Assembly: GCA_944391865.1 (NCBI GenBank)
Contig: CALXVD010000005.1
Coordinates: 144 to 64,143 of the forward strand
DNA: 64,000 bases
Source: an uncultured Clostridia bacterium
Lineage (GTDB): Bacteria > Bacillota > Clostridia > TANB77 > CAG-508
Reading direction: 5' to 3'
A program made the translations under genes and the position numbers. Below the pieces are notes generated by a model. That model saw only the letters and a program-made list of their open reading frames with translations, ran no database searches and had not been told where the DNA came from. Each line of letters starts with the position of its first letter. Positions within the stretch are counted from its first letter, which is position 1. This document shows, one piece after another, positions 9,177 to 19,741 of this stretch.

Positions 9177-11531
9177 TTATATCTCCCTATTCAGATTTCC
9201 ATTAGTGTAATTTTCTCCTTCTAATCTCTCTCCTTTTTTATGAATATTTATTATTTGTTGTATTTCTTCTTCAGTTTCATCTAAAATATCAATTCTTATA
9301 GAATCTACATTTAAATCTTTCCATGATATTGATGTTATCTTTGAATTATAAATTAAGTTATTACAATTTACCCTATCTGTATATATTGGAAATTCAAATC
9401 CCTTTCTATCTTTTAGTTTATACGTTCCTTTTTCGCAAATTCCAGGGCAATTATTTACTCTTCCAATTGTACAATATTCTGTTGTCATTAAAAGAGTTCG
9501 ACCATAAACTATAGCTTCTTTTTTAATATTTCTGTCTAAACTTTGAATACTTTCTTTATCTAGTTCTGGTGGTAAAGTAACCTTAGATACACCTAATTTT
9601 TCTAATTCTTGGGCGGTGTAGCTATTAGATACATTTAATGTATAATTTGCTATTAAATCTAATTTCTCAATTTCATATTTTTTTAGTAATTCTAAATGAG
9701 AAAGATTAGATAATACTATTCCTTTTACATTATTTCTTAATATCTCTTTTAAATTATTTTCTATCAAGATTTCATAATTACCCTTTGTAATTGCTGGAAG
9801 TAGTACATATGTATTAAACTTTTTACTAATTTTATTTATTTTTTCCTTATTTCTTAAAAATAATCTAAATGGAATATATATATTATCTACTCCTGTTAAA
9901 TTGCTATAATTTGTATTTTCATTAAAAGTATTTAATGCTAAAGAAACTTTAGGTTCTGATGTATTATTTTTAACAGTATTTTTTGGTTTGCATTCTATAC
10001 TTATGCTCTTTTTTCTTTTAAAACTTTTTAATATCTCATCTTGCAATTCTTCTATTGCATTTCTTCTTATACTATTTATTGCACTTATTGGAAGTATTAT
10101 ATTATCATCTGCTACTACTTGAATTTCCTCAATTTCAAAAGGAGTGTTTCCAGTTTTAGAAAGTTGCTCTTTTATTCTCTCTTTGCTTATTCCATTTTTT
10201 TCTGCCTTTTTTACAATTGTTTCTTCTGTTTTTATTAATCTCGTTTTACTCAAAATATCTTCTATTCCCAATTTTATAGGTTCATTTTCTTTTAAATAAA
10301 TTTTTACATTTATTGGTCTTTTTATATTTTCTTTGCTAGAAATTTCAATTATTTCTTTATTTAGTTTTTGAGATACTGTCCTATAAACTTTATTACCTCG
10401 CAAAATCTTTCCTTTTATTCTTCCTACTGTTACAACTTGTCCAATATTTGCAAATTTAATATTGTTATTACCATTCATAAGCTCAGAAATTTTGCATGAT
10501 GAATCATTAATTGAAATACTATCTCCTAAATTTAACTCTTTTGATAGCTTAATTTTTACATGGCCTTTACTTGGATTATAACTAATCACTTCTCCTGCTT
10601 GAACACCCATATGATTTGGTCTTTTAATATACATCATATCTTTTCCTAGTTTTCCCTTTAAATATCCAGTGCTAAATCCACCTCTATTAAAAATCTGCAT
10701 TAATTTTTCTCTATCATCTTCATCTACTATATATTTTTTTCCACTTTCAGCAAGGTCAATATATTTTCTATAAATACTAGTTACTATGCCTACATATTCT
10801 TTTGATTTCATTCTTCCTTCTATTTTGAATGATTTTACTCCGGCATTAATTAAATCCGGAATAATATCTAATGTACAAACATCTTTAGAGCTTAAAAGAT
10901 AGCCGTGTTCTTGAACTTTTCCGTTATTTATTAAACTGTATGGAAGCCTACAAGTTCCAGCGCACTTACCTCTATTTCCGCTTCTTCCGCCTATCATACT
11001 ACTCATTAAACATTGTCCAGAATAGCTTATACATAGTGCCCCATGGATAAATACTTCTATATCAATTTTAGTATTTTTACAAATATGCTCTATTTCTTCT
11101 ATTGATAACTCTCTTGCAAGAACACATCTTGAAAATCCTAAACTTTCTATTTCTCTTGCTCCATCTAAATTGTATATTGTCATTTGTGTGCTACTGTGGA
11201 CTTCTAAATCTGGGAAAAATTCTATTATTCTTTTAGCAAGCCCCAAATCTTGAACAATTACTGCATCTATTCCGGCATTATATGCAAATTCTACAAGCTC
11301 AATTGCATCTTCAAACTCATCGTTTTTTATTAATATGTTTATTGTTAAATGTGTTTTTACTCCTCTTAGCTTTGCATATTCTATTGCTTGCACTAATTCT
11401 TCTTTATTAAAATTTTCGGCATTTGCTCTTGCATTAAACTCTGATGCTCCAAAATACACAGCATCTGCTCCTGTTTGAACTGCTGTTTTTAAACATTCTA
11501 AATCTCCTGCTGGAGATAATAACTCTACCAT
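9177..11531 (-). CDS. Peptidase U32 family protein (collagenase-like)
   Basis: MVELLSPAGD start behind AAAGGAG, plus the U32 signature EVFIHGALCISYSGQC. The 55-aa N-terminal extension in the ORF track reads through repeat copy 3 and is discarded. Confidence 0.85.
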   Translation of the reverse strand: MVELLSPAGDLECLKTAVQTGADAVYFGASEFNARANAENFNKEELVQAIEYAKLRGVKTHLTINILIKNDEFEDAIELVEFAYNAGIDAVIVQDLGLAKRIIEFFPDLEVHSSTQMTIYNLDGAREIESLGFSRCVLARELSIEEIEHICKNTKIDIEVFIHGALCISYSGQCLMSSMIGGRSGNRGKCAGTCRLPYSLINNGKVQEHGYLLSSKDVCTLDIIPDLINAGVKSFKIEGRMKSKEYVGIVTSIYRKYIDLAESGKKYIVDEDDREKLMQIFNRGGFSTGYLKGKLGKDMMYIKRPNHMGVQAGEVISYNPSKGHVKIKLSKELNLGDSISINDSSCKISELMNGNNNIKFANIGQVVTVGRIKGKILRGNKVYRTVSQKLNKEIIEISSKENIKRPINVKIYLKENEPIKLGIEDILSKTRLIKTEETIVKKAEKNGISKERIKEQLSKTGNTPFEIEEIQVVADDNIILPISAINSIRRNAIEELQDEILKSFKRKKSISIECKPKNTVKNNTSEPKVSLALNTFNENTNYSNLTGVDNIYIPFRLFLRNKEKINKISKKFNTYVLLPAITKGNYEILIENNLKEILRNNVKGIVLSNLSHLELLKKYEIEKLDLIANYTLNVSNSYTAQELEKLGVSKVTLPPELDKESIQSLDRNIKKEAIVYGRTLLMTTEYCTIGRVNNCPGICEKGTYKLKDRKGFEFPIYTDRVNCNNLIYNSKITSISWKDLNVDSIRIDILDETEEEIQQIINIHKKGERLEGENYTNGNLNREI

Positions 11532-11585
11532 AATATTTGCTCCTTTGTTGGTATTATATAATATATTTTTGCTATTTACTATATC

Positions 11586-11719
11586 AAATTGTAATTTATC
11601 TGAGAAGTGAGAAGTGGGATGTGGGAAGTGTGAAATTGTGGTAAGACTTGCGTAGCCTTGCCATAAAAAGCACACCTCACACTTCGCACATCGCACTTCA
11701 CAAAAACAAATTACAATTT
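11586..11719 (+). repeat. Family-1 element, copy 3 (134 bp)
   Basis: aaattgtaattt...gagaagtgagaagtgggatgtgggaagtgtgaaa...cacacctcacacttcgcacatcgcac...aaattacaattt. Confidence 0.9.
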
Positions 11720-11782
11720 ATTTTTATTTGAATTTTTAAAAAATTTGTGATATATTTCCATTTATAGAAAGAGGGAATCCAA

Positions 11783-12511
11783 ATGAAAATATGTACAAAA
11801 AAATTTGATATTAGTTTTTGTGATGTTGGTGAAAATAATCACTTAACAAATAAAGGAATTTTAAGAATGATGCAAGAAATTGCTGGCATTCATAGTGGTA
11901 TTGCAGGGTATGGCTTAAATGACATTCCCAAAACTGGTCTTGCATGGCTTCTTTTAAATTGGAAATTAAGAGTTTTTCTTCGCCCTAAATGGGGAGAAAC
12001 TTTAACTATAAATACTTGGAGCAGATCTCAAAATGCACTTTTCTCATATAGAGATTTAGAAGTTTATGACAGTAAAAATAATTTAGTTGCAATAGCTACA
12101 TCAAAATGGCTTTTATTTGATGTTAACAAGCAAGCTATCGCTAAAACTACCCCTGAAATGAGAGAAAAATTTGAGAGCACTGATAAGGCAGTTTTTGAAG
12201 AAAAATTTAATGAAAAATTAAAAGAACCAGAAAATTCTGAGTTCGTTTTAGAATATAAAATTGAAAGAAGAGATATAGATACAAACCACCATGTAAACAA
12301 CTTAAATTACCTAGATTTTGCATATGAGGCTTTGCCAGAAGATATATATAAAAATGGGGAATTCAATAATGTTGAAATTATGTATAAGCACGAGGCAAAA
12401 TTGGGTGATACACTTTTTGTTTATTATGCACAAACTGAACAAAATGAGCATATTATTACTATTAAAGATAAAGAAACAGGTAATCTTCATAGCATAATAA
12501 AACTATATTAA
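11783..12511 (+). CDS. Acyl-[acyl-carrier-protein] thioesterase
   Basis: Tandem hot-dog layout with DTNHHVNNLNYLDFA, typical of the Acyl-ACP_TE family. Confidence 0.8.
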   Translation: MKICTKKFDISFCDVGENNHLTNKGILRMMQEIAGIHSGIAGYGLNDIPKTGLAWLLLNWKLRVFLRPKWGETLTINTWSRSQNALFSYRDLEVYDSKNNLVAIATSKWLLFDVNKQAIAKTTPEMREKFESTDKAVFEEKFNEKLKEPENSEFVLEYKIERRDIDTNHHVNNLNYLDFAYEALPEDIYKNGEFNNVEIMYKHEAKLGDTLFVYYAQTEQNEHIITIKDKETGNLHSIIKLY

Positions 12512-12518
12512 AATTTTA

Positions 12519-12558
12519 AAACGCAGATTTATAATATTTATAAATCTGCGTTATTTTT
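12519..12558. terminator. Bidirectional terminator between convergent genes
   Basis: aacgcagattta / taaatctgcgtt stem flanked by A-run and T-run. Confidence 0.65.
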
Positions 12559-13093
12559 ATCCTATTTTTTCTATATCTATTCTTGCATTTGGATAGGTAA
12601 TGTCTTCAATAGAAACTCCACCTAAATTCAAAACATCACCTGCATTTAGTCTTAAAATAACTGTGCTAGTTAAAGTCATTCTGTTGGGAATATTTTCTCT
12701 TAAAATTGGACTTTCGTTAAATGTAGAATCTATTCCTTCATTATTTACTATTAATACCGCATTAAAATTAAATGTTGCTATTGCATCTTGGGTTCCAAAT
12801 AATTGATATGATATTTGGTAAATTCCATCTTCATTTATTATTATATCTTGGCTTCCTTCTTCATGGCTAATTGCATTTCCTACTACTATATCATTTTGGC
12901 TAAATCTTATTCTTGCAACTCCTACTTCAGTATTGTCACCTTGAACAGCTATCGCTGTTAGAATATCTTTTTGTTCCATATTGTTTTGGGAAAAAATTGC
13001 TAAAAAAATTAAAAACACTACAAATATTGCAATAACCGTACCACATAAAACTTTGCATAATAATTCTTTATTACATTTGCATTCTATATTCAT
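12557..13093 (-). CDS. Membrane-anchored hypothetical protein, possibly with a BclA-C/C1q-like beta-sandwich C-terminal domain
   Basis: N-terminal TM helix (VIAIFVVFLIFLAIF). The C-terminal part resembles C1q-like spore-surface domains only loosely. Confidence 0.35.
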   Translation of the reverse strand: MNIECKCNKELLCKVLCGTVIAIFVVFLIFLAIFSQNNMEQKDILTAIAVQGDNTEVGVARIRFSQNDIVVGNAISHEEGSQDIIINEDGIYQISYQLFGTQDAIATFNFNAVLIVNNEGIDSTFNESPILRENIPNRMTLTSTVILRLNAGDVLNLGGVSIEDITYPNARIDIEKIG

Positions 13094-13151
13094 TATAATT
13101 CCCCCTAGTTTATTATATGGGAAATTAATTTTTATGTGAGTTAGTATAGTT

Positions 13152-13190
13152 AAAAAAAACAGAGTAGTTTATAACTTCTACTCTGTTTTG
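13152..13190 (-). terminator. Rho-independent terminator downstream of spo0A
   Basis: The minus strand reads acagagtag-aagttataa-ctactctgt followed by tttttttt. Confidence 0.7.
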
Positions 13191-13209
13191 ACTATGTTAG
13201 TTCCAATTA

Positions 13210-14028
13210 TTAAGCACTCTTTAATTCTAGTCTTAGTTTATCAGCTATCATTGCTATAAATTCACTATTTGTAGGCTTTCCTTTAGCAGCAGAAATTGTA
13301 TAACCAAATATTCTTTCTACTACTGCCTGTTCTCCTCTAGACCATGCTACTTCTATTGCATGGCGTATTGCTCTTTCTACTCTACTTGGGGTAGTTTTAA
13401 ATTTTTTTGCTATCTCTGGATATAACTGTTTTGTTATTTGATTTATCATATCTATATCATTAATAACCATAACTATTGCTTCTCTTAAATATTGATAACC
13501 TTTTATATGTGCTGGGACTCCCAATTCATGAATTATATTTGTAACTAATGCCTCCAAATTATCTTCGTCTTTTTTACTTTCTTCAGAAATTTCTATGTAA
13601 GGAACTTTTATCTCTCTATTAATAAAATTCTTTTGATTAGGTGCAGGTTGAAAATATTTTATGTCTTTTATTCTTTTTATTAGTAACTCTATATCAAAAG
13701 GTTTAACCACATAATATTCTGCCCCTAAATTTATTGCTTGTTGTGTAATTTTTGCTTGTCCCACTGCCGAAAGCATTATACAAATTGGTTTTTTGTTCAT
13801 CTTGGCTACTGAAATTCTTTCTAATACACCTAGCCCATCTAAATATGGCATTATAACATCTAATAAAGCAATATCTGGTTCTGTATTAATTATCATATCA
13901 CATGCTTCTTTACCATCTTTAGCAATGCCAATAACCTCCATATCTTCTTCTTTTTCCAAATAACTAGCTAAAGTCATTGCAAAGTCAGGATTATCGTCTG
14001 CAATTAAGACTGTAATTTTTTCTTTCAA
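13210..14028 (-). CDS. spo0A: Sporulation master regulator Spo0A
   Basis: Receiver domain (LIADDN...[11 protein letters not shown]) plus the Spo0A-specific C-terminal domain ([18 protein letters not shown]). Confidence 0.95.
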   Translation of the reverse strand: MKEKITVLIADDNPDFAMTLASYLEKEEDMEVIGIAKDGKEACDMIINTEPDIALLDVIMPYLDGLGVLERISVAKMNKKPICIMLSAVGQAKITQQAINLGAEYYVVKPFDIELLIKRIKDIKYFQPAPNQKNFINREIKVPYIEISEESKKDEDNLEALVTNIIHELGVPAHIKGYQYLREAIVMVINDIDMINQITKQLYPEIAKKFKTTPSRVERAIRHAIEVAWSRGEQAVVERIFGYTISAAKGKPTNSEFIAMIADKLRLELKSA

Positions 14029-14142
14029 GTTTATACCCCCTAAAAATAAATTTGTAAATTTTTTACAATTCGAATTATAATATGATTTTACGAATATTGC
14101 AATAGTTTTTTGGAAATTTTTTCTAATTTTTCGTAAAAGTAT

Positions 14143-14773
14143 CTATATTTCAATTAATTTTTCTTCCAAAATATCATATTTTAAAATTTTTATAGGTATT
14201 TTACTGTTGCAATTTGTAATTTCATTTAAAACTTCTTTTGTAATCTCTATAATACTTTCTATATTTTCTAAATATTCTAATTTTATAATTTTAAATTTAT
14301 TTTTATTGGCATAATATTTTAATTGTTCTAAATTATCATATTCTATATATAATTTTACTTGATAACCTAATATTTTATTTATATATTCTGTTTTGTTCAG
14401 CGCATTTATTGTAGCATCAGAGTATGCTCTTACTAGTCCTCCTGTTCCTAAAAGTATTCCTCCAAAATATCTTGTTACTACTACTAAAACATTTGACAAT
14501 CCCTGTTCTAATATTATTTTTAATATTGGGCTTCCTGCTGTTCCTTGTGGCTCTCCATCGTCATTGTATTTTACAGCAATTCCTCCGATCTAAAGTTTCT
14601 ACTGCATACGCAAAAACATTATGTTTTGCATCGTGATATTCTTTTTTTATTTCTTTTATATATTTTTCCGCTTCTTCTATTGTTTCTACATAAAATATAT
14701 GTGCTATAAATTTAGACTTTTTTTCTGTAATTTCAGCTGTTGCATTATTACTAATTGTTTTAATTTTTTCCAT
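14143..14773 (-). CDS. yigZ: YigZ/IMPACT-family protein. Pieces 14561-14773 and 14143-14499 are joined by a +1 shift at CGG 14585-14587.
   Basis: The junction tta gat CGG Agg aat restores AYAVETLD-G-GIAVKYNDDGEPQGTAG...VVVTRYFGGILLGTGGL. Confidence 0.8.
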
Positions 14774-14802
14774 TTTTATTTATCCTTTATTAAATATCTT
14801 AT

Positions 14803-14944
14803 AAATTGTAATTTGTATGGTTAATTAATTGCAAATGTTGTAGGGGTCGCCGCCCACGGCGACCCGCATATCAATATTTAAGGGTCGCCCTGGGGTGCGA
14901 CCCCTACAGATTTAAAATTAATTTTCTCACATAAATTACCATTT
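14803..14944. repeat. Type-B GC-rich double-hairpin element bounded by the same 12-mers as family 1
   Basis: aaattgtaattt...tgtaGGGGTCGCCG-ccca-CGGCGACCCgc...GGGTCGCcctggggtGCGACCCctaca...aaattaccattt. The right 12-mer overlaps the stop of the 14943-16205 gene. Confidence 0.75.
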
Positions 14945-16205
14945 AGTTCATTCCTGCAGTGTAACCTGTAGACCACGCTATCTGTAAATTAAAACCTCCT
15001 GTTAAGCTATCTACATCTATTATTTCCCCTGCAAAATATAAACCTTTTACTATTTTTGATTCCATTGTTTTAGGGTTTATTTCTTTTATATTTATTCCAC
15101 CTGAAGTTATTATTGCTTCTTCTATTGGTCTTACACCATTTATATTAATCTCTAAACATTTAAGAACTTTTACTATTTTAGCTCTTTCGTCTTTTGTTAT
15201 TTCATTTACTTTTTTGTATGGATTAATGCCTGTTTTTTCTATTACAATAGGTATTAATTTTTGTGGGAGCAATTTATTTAAACTGTTTTTAAATTCTTTA
15301 TTTTTTTCATTTTCAAAATCTCTTAATATTCTTAAATCTAATTTTTCATCTGATAGTGCAGGCTTTAAATCAATTTCTAATTTAATGCTATTATTTTTAA
15401 ATAATTCTTCTATATTTTTATATCTAATTAAATACGCAGAAGCACTTAATATTATTGGTCCAGATACCCCAAAATGTGTAAATAGCATTTCTCCGAAATC
15501 TTGATATATAATTTTATCATTATTTTTTAATTTTATCGAAACGTTTTTAAGTGATAAACCTTGTAGTTTAGAACATATGCTATCTTTTGAGATTAGTGGC
15601 ACTAGTGATGGCTTTATTTTTGTAACTGTGTGACCTAATTCTTTTGCTATTTTATATCCATCTCCAGTAGAACCTGTTACTGGATAACTTTTTCCTCCTG
15701 TTGCTAAAATTATTTTATCAGCTTTTAATTCATTACTTATTTTGTTGCCGTGAGCACCTACATCATTTATTTTTACTCCTTCTGCTTTTCCATCTTTTAC
15801 AACTATTTTTTCTACTTTTGTATTTGTTAAAATTTTAACATTTAATTTTTTTAGAATTTTTAGTAATGCTTCTAGCACATCTATTGATTTATCTGATACA
15901 GGAAATATTCTTCCTCCTCTTTCTACCTTTGTTTTAACTCCTTCTTTTTCTAATAAATTAACAATGTCATTGTTATTAAAATTGTTTAAAGCTCCATATA
16001 AAAATTTTCCATTATTTGGTGTATTTTCAATAAAACCATTTAAGTCTGTACTGTTTGTTATGTTACATCTTCCTTTTCCTGTAATAAGTAGCTTCTTGCC
16101 ACAAGAACTCATCTTTTCTATTATTGTTACTTTGTTTCCACATTCTGCTGCTGATATTCCAGCAATTATTCCTGCCGGTCCGCCGCCTATTATAATAACA
16201 TTCAT
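14943..16205 (-). CDS. NAD(P)/FAD-dependent oxidoreductase, HI0933/YhiN (BaiN-like) family
   Basis: VIIIGGGPAGIIAG dinucleotide-binding N-terminus and the C-terminal GLYFAGEIIDVDSLTGGFNLQ motif. Confidence 0.8.
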   Translation of the reverse strand: MNVIIIGGGPAGIIAGISAAECGNKVTIIEKMSSCGKKLLITGKGRCNITNSTDLNGFIENTPNNGKFLYGALNNFNNNDIVNLLEKEGVKTKVERGGRIFPVSDKSIDVLEALLKILKKLNVKILTNTKVEKIVVKDGKAEGVKINDVGAHGNKISNELKADKIILATGGKSYPVTGSTGDGYKIAKELGHTVTKIKPSLVPLISKDSICSKLQGLSLKNVSIKLKNNDKIIYQDFGEMLFTHFGVSGPIILSASAYLIRYKNIEELFKNNSIKLEIDLKPALSDEKLDLRILRDFENEKNKEFKNSLNKLLPQKLIPIVIEKTGINPYKKVNEITKDERAKIVKVLKCLEININGVRPIEEAIITSGGINIKEINPKTMESKIVKGLYFAGEIIDVDSLTGGFNLQIAWSTGYTAGMN

Positions 16206-16234
16206 TTAATCTCCTTTTCTTATTTTTTTGTATT

Positions 16235-16996
16235 TTACTTTTCAAATATGTTTATTTCTTTTATTAAATCTTTTATAACTTCATATGTAAACTTTTGACA
16301 TTTTAGTGCTGATAATTCATCATATTCTTCCTCTAATATTGTATTATTTGATATAACTCTTACGCCTACTACTGGAATATTATAATTATTTGAAACAGTA
16401 TATACTGAAATTCCTTCCATTTCTTCACATAGTACATCGTGTTTTTTATTTAAATACTCAATTTTATCTTTTTCACCATTCCATATATCTCCGCTTCCAA
16501 TTACACCTATATATATGTTTCCATTTAAATATATATTTTTTCTCTTATATATAAAATTGACCAATCTTTTGTCAGCTTTAATTGTCCTTTTCTTATCTAT
16601 TCCTCCATTTGTAAAACTTACATATTGCCACTCTAATGAATTACTTCCTTCGTTTTCTCCTTTATTTGGTGTTTTGGCAGACATGATATTAAAACATTCT
16701 GAACCTATTACAATGTCGCCTTTATGGATATTTCTTGTATATCCTCCTGCTGTCCCTTGATTTATAATTAGTAATGGATTATATTTTTCTATAGATAATG
16801 CTGTTATAACAGACGAATTTATTACTCCTACTTCTGATTGTGATATAATAATTGGATACCCATCTATTTCACCTTTATATACATTATATATATTTAGATT
16901 ATTTGTTTCTAAGTTTTCTAATCTATCTATTAAAAAATTTATTTCTACATCCATTGCCCCTATAATTAAAATTGGTCTTTTCATACTTTTAATCAC
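16235..16996 (-). CDS. 5'-methylthioadenosine/S-adenosylhomocysteine nucleosidase-like (PNP_UDP_1 family)
   Basis: ILIIGAMDVE, GTAGG and EEMEG motifs. The GTG start overlaps the recoded end of the upstream gene. Confidence 0.7.
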   Translation of the reverse strand: MIKSMKRPILIIGAMDVEINFLIDRLENLETNNLNIYNVYKGEIDGYPIIISQSEVGVINSSVITALSIEKYNPLLIINQGTAGGYTRNIHKGDIVIGSECFNIMSAKTPNKGENEGSNSLEWQYVSFTNGGIDKKRTIKADKRLVNFIYKRKNIYLNGNIYIGVIGSGDIWNGEKDKIEYLNKKHDVLCEEMEGISVYTVSNNYNIPVVGVRVISNNTILEEEYDELSALKCQKFTYEVIKDLIKEINIFEK

Positions 16997-18237
16997 CTAA
17001 CTTACTAATTGCTTTCATAACTCCGCAACTTTCCATATTCATATGTAAGTCCACCCTGCAAAAAAGCCGTATATGGAGGTCTTATTGGTGCGTCACATGA
17101 TAATTCAATAGATGAACCTTGTGTAAATGCTCCTGCTGCCATTATTACTTTATCTGTATATCCTGGCATATCCCATGGTTCTGGAATAGAAGATGAATCT
17201 ATTGGTGATGCAGCTTGTATTCCTTGGCAAAATTTTATTAATTTATTTGGATCTCCAAATTGTATAGTTTGTACTATATCTGCTCTCTTGTCATTATATT
17301 TTGGTTCTACATTATATCCTAATTTTTCTAACATTCTGCTTGTAAATATTGCTGTTTTAATACTGTTTGCCACAACTTGCGGAGCAAAAAATAACCCTTG
17401 CAGAATTTGCTTATTAATACCTAAACTTGGGCCTACTTCTTTTCCAAGCCCTGGTGCCGTTAATCTTTCACTTGCAAGTTCAACTAAGTCTTTTCTTCCT
17501 ACTATATAAGCACCATTTGGAGCTATTCCTCCTCCTAAATTTTTTATTAATGAACCAACTGCTATATCTGCTCCTACTTCAATTGGTTCTTTTTTTCCTA
17601 CAAACTCGCAATAGCAATTGTCTATCATTACAATTACATCTTTATCTATCTCTTTTATAAGTTTAATTACTTTTTCTACTTTTTCTATATCTATTGACTT
17701 TCTAGAAGAGTATCCTCTTGAACGTTGTATTTCAATTAATTTTATATTTCCTTTTTTTAATCTCTCTTCTATACTCTTATAGTCGAAATCATCGTTTACT
17801 AAATCTATTTCTTCATAATTTATTCCAAAGCTTTTTAAAGAACTATTATTTTCTTTAATTCCTATTACTTCATCTAAAGTATCATATGGCTTTCCAGAAA
17901 TGCTTACTAATGTGTCTCCTGGTCTTAAAACCCCAAATAAAGCTGTAGATAATGCATGCGTACCAGATATAAATTGAGTTCTTACTAGTGCATCTTCACT
18001 TTTAAATATTTCTGCATATATATTTTCTATTGTATCTCTTCCTATATCTCCATAACCATATCCAGTTGTTCCATTAAAATGCATTTCTGATAAATTATAT
18101 TTTTGAAATGCCATTAATACTTTTAAACTGTTATATTCTGCAATTTCATCAACTTTTTTAAAACATAAATTAATGTCATTTTCTATATTTTTAGATAAAT
18201 CTATAACTTCTTTTTTTATTCCAAATGTTTCATACAT
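16989..18237 (-). CDS. Methionine gamma-lyase-like PLP enzyme (aluminium-resistance/YnbB family). A cryptic +1 shift at CGG 17023-17025 rewrites the C-terminus.
   Basis: Family-typical sequence throughout. The end reads gga aag ttg CGG Agt; skipping the C gives ...YEYGKL-G-VMKAISKLGD* with the stop at 16989-16991, in a GTGATTAA overlap with the next gene. Confidence 0.75.
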
Positions 18238-18283
18238 TTATATTACTCCTTTTTTTAGGCGGACAATTTGCCCGCCTATGTTT

Positions 18284-19651
18284 TTATTTTTTATCTTCTT
18301 CTGTTTCTTCTTTGTCTACTTTTTTATTTTCCTCTTCATCTTCTTCATCTTCAATGCTTTCTTCTATATTATTTCTACAAGCTTTAACCCATAATATTCT
18401 TTTTTCTTCATATTCTTCAATTTTATATGTTACTCTTTTTGTTTCTATTACAGGTTTTTCATCATCTGATGGAATTCTTCCAAGCAATTCTATTAAATAT
18501 CCCGATAATGTATCGTACTCACCTTCTGGAATCTCTACATTTAGTATCTTTCTTAGTTCATGTATAGAAACTCCTCCGCTTATCATAAAAGTATTGTCGT
18601 CAATTTTTTCATATTCTTTTTCTTCTTCGTCATATTCGTCAAAAATGTTACCTACTAATTCTTCTATAATGTCTTCCATTGTAACTAAGCCTGCTGTTCC
18701 ACCGTATTCATCTAATACTATTGCTAATTGGTGTTTGTTTCTCTGTAAGTCTCTAAATAGTTCATTTATAGGTTTATTTTCTGAAACAAAATACGCTTCC
18801 CTTAATAAACTTGAAATTTTTACTTTTCCTTTTTTATTTATGCTTGCCAATAAATCTTTTACAAATAACATACCAACTATATTATCTATGCTATCTTCAT
18901 ATACTGGTATTCTGCTGTATTTATACTCATCCAATTCTTTCAAGATATTATCTATGTCTGAATCTATATCTATTGCATAAATATCCATTCTGTGTGTCAT
19001 TATTTCTGATGCTACTTTATCATTAAATTCAAACACATTATTAATAAGTTCTTTTTCTTCTTCTTCGATTGAACCTTTTTCTTCTCCAACATCAACCATC
19101 ATTCTTATTTCTTCTTCTGTTACAGTTTCTTCATCTGTACCAGTAATTCCAAATAATTTTGATATACCATTTGTAGATGCTGTAAGTAATTTTACGAATG
19201 GGGCTGTAATAATAGCTATAGTTCTAACTACCCCTATTGTACCAAAAGCTATTTTTTCAGAATTTCTCATTGCAAGTCTTTTTGGAACTAATTCTCCAAA
19301 AACTAAAGAAAAATATGAAAGTATAATTGTTATCAATACAATTGATATGTTTCTCCAAACGGTTATACCTAATGGTATTAGGTTTTCTAATGCTGGAGCT
19401 AAATCATCTGCAAATGCATCTGCTGCAAATGCACTTGATAAAAATCCTGCAAGTGTAATTCCTATTTGTATTGTAGCCAAAAATTTGCTAGGTTCCTTTA
19501 ACATCTTTCTAATTTGTTTTGCTTTTTTGTTTCCTTCTTTTGCTTGTTTTTCAATTTTTGCATCGTTTATTGAAATAAATGCTATTTCTGTAGCTGCAAA
19601 AAATGCGTTTACTAAGATTAATATAGCCAAAACTATCACTTGTGTGATCAT
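18284..19651 (-). CDS. Hemolysin-family protein (CNNM/DUF21 + CBS pair + CorC_HlyC)
   Basis: N-terminal four-TM DUF21 region, a CBS region (IMTHRMDIYAID...) and the C-terminal GRIPSDDEKPVIE...KACR transporter-associated domain. Confidence 0.8.
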   Translation of the reverse strand: MITQVIVLAILILVNAFFAATEIAFISINDAKIEKQAKEGNKKAKQIRKMLKEPSKFLATIQIGITLAGFLSSAFAADAFADDLAPALENLIPLGITVWRNISIVLITIILSYFSLVFGELVPKRLAMRNSEKIAFGTIGVVRTIAIITAPFVKLLTASTNGISKLFGITGTDEETVTEEEIRMMVDVGEEKGSIEEEEKELINNVFEFNDKVASEIMTHRMDIYAIDIDSDIDNILKELDEYKYSRIPVYEDSIDNIVGMLFVKDLLASINKKGKVKISSLLREAYFVSENKPINELFRDLQRNKHQLAIVLDEYGGTAGLVTMEDIIEELVGNIFDEYDEEEKEYEKIDDNTFMISGGVSIHELRKILNVEIPEGEYDTLSGYLIELLGRIPSDDEKPVIETKRVTYKIEEYEEKRILWVKACRNNIEESIEDEEDEEENKKVDKEETEEDKK

Positions 19652-19741
19652 TTGTGTATTTCACGTTCCCTTCTTGTTTATATAGTGTTACATGAAATAT
19701 TATATATGGTATGTAAAAAAATGTCAAGGAACAAGGATTAA

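Noticed and set aside
11532-11696. N-terminal extensions of ORFs 9177-11696 (U32), 30740-31171 (rnc), 3903-4265 (rpsF) and 1089-2051 (PHP)
   Set aside because: The extensions translate repeat elements or GC-rich spacers (for example ...HFPHPTSHFS from the heptad arm). Internal Mets with good RBSs match the family N-termini.
18255-18283. The hairpin aggcgg-acaatttgc-ccgcct after the hemolysin-family gene as its terminator
   Set aside because: On the gene's sense strand the stem is followed by an A-run rather than a T-run. The T-run lies on the opposite strand, where there is no gene, so the assignment is uncertain.
18225-18980. Long antisense ORFs (for example 18225-18980 +, 28491-29126 +, 40283-40795 +, 43076-43660 +, 32495-32998 +, 50849-51340 +)
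   Set aside because: These are low-complexity Ser/Leu/Phe-rich shadow frames opposite well-supported minus-strand genes. They have no RBS and no recognisable family.
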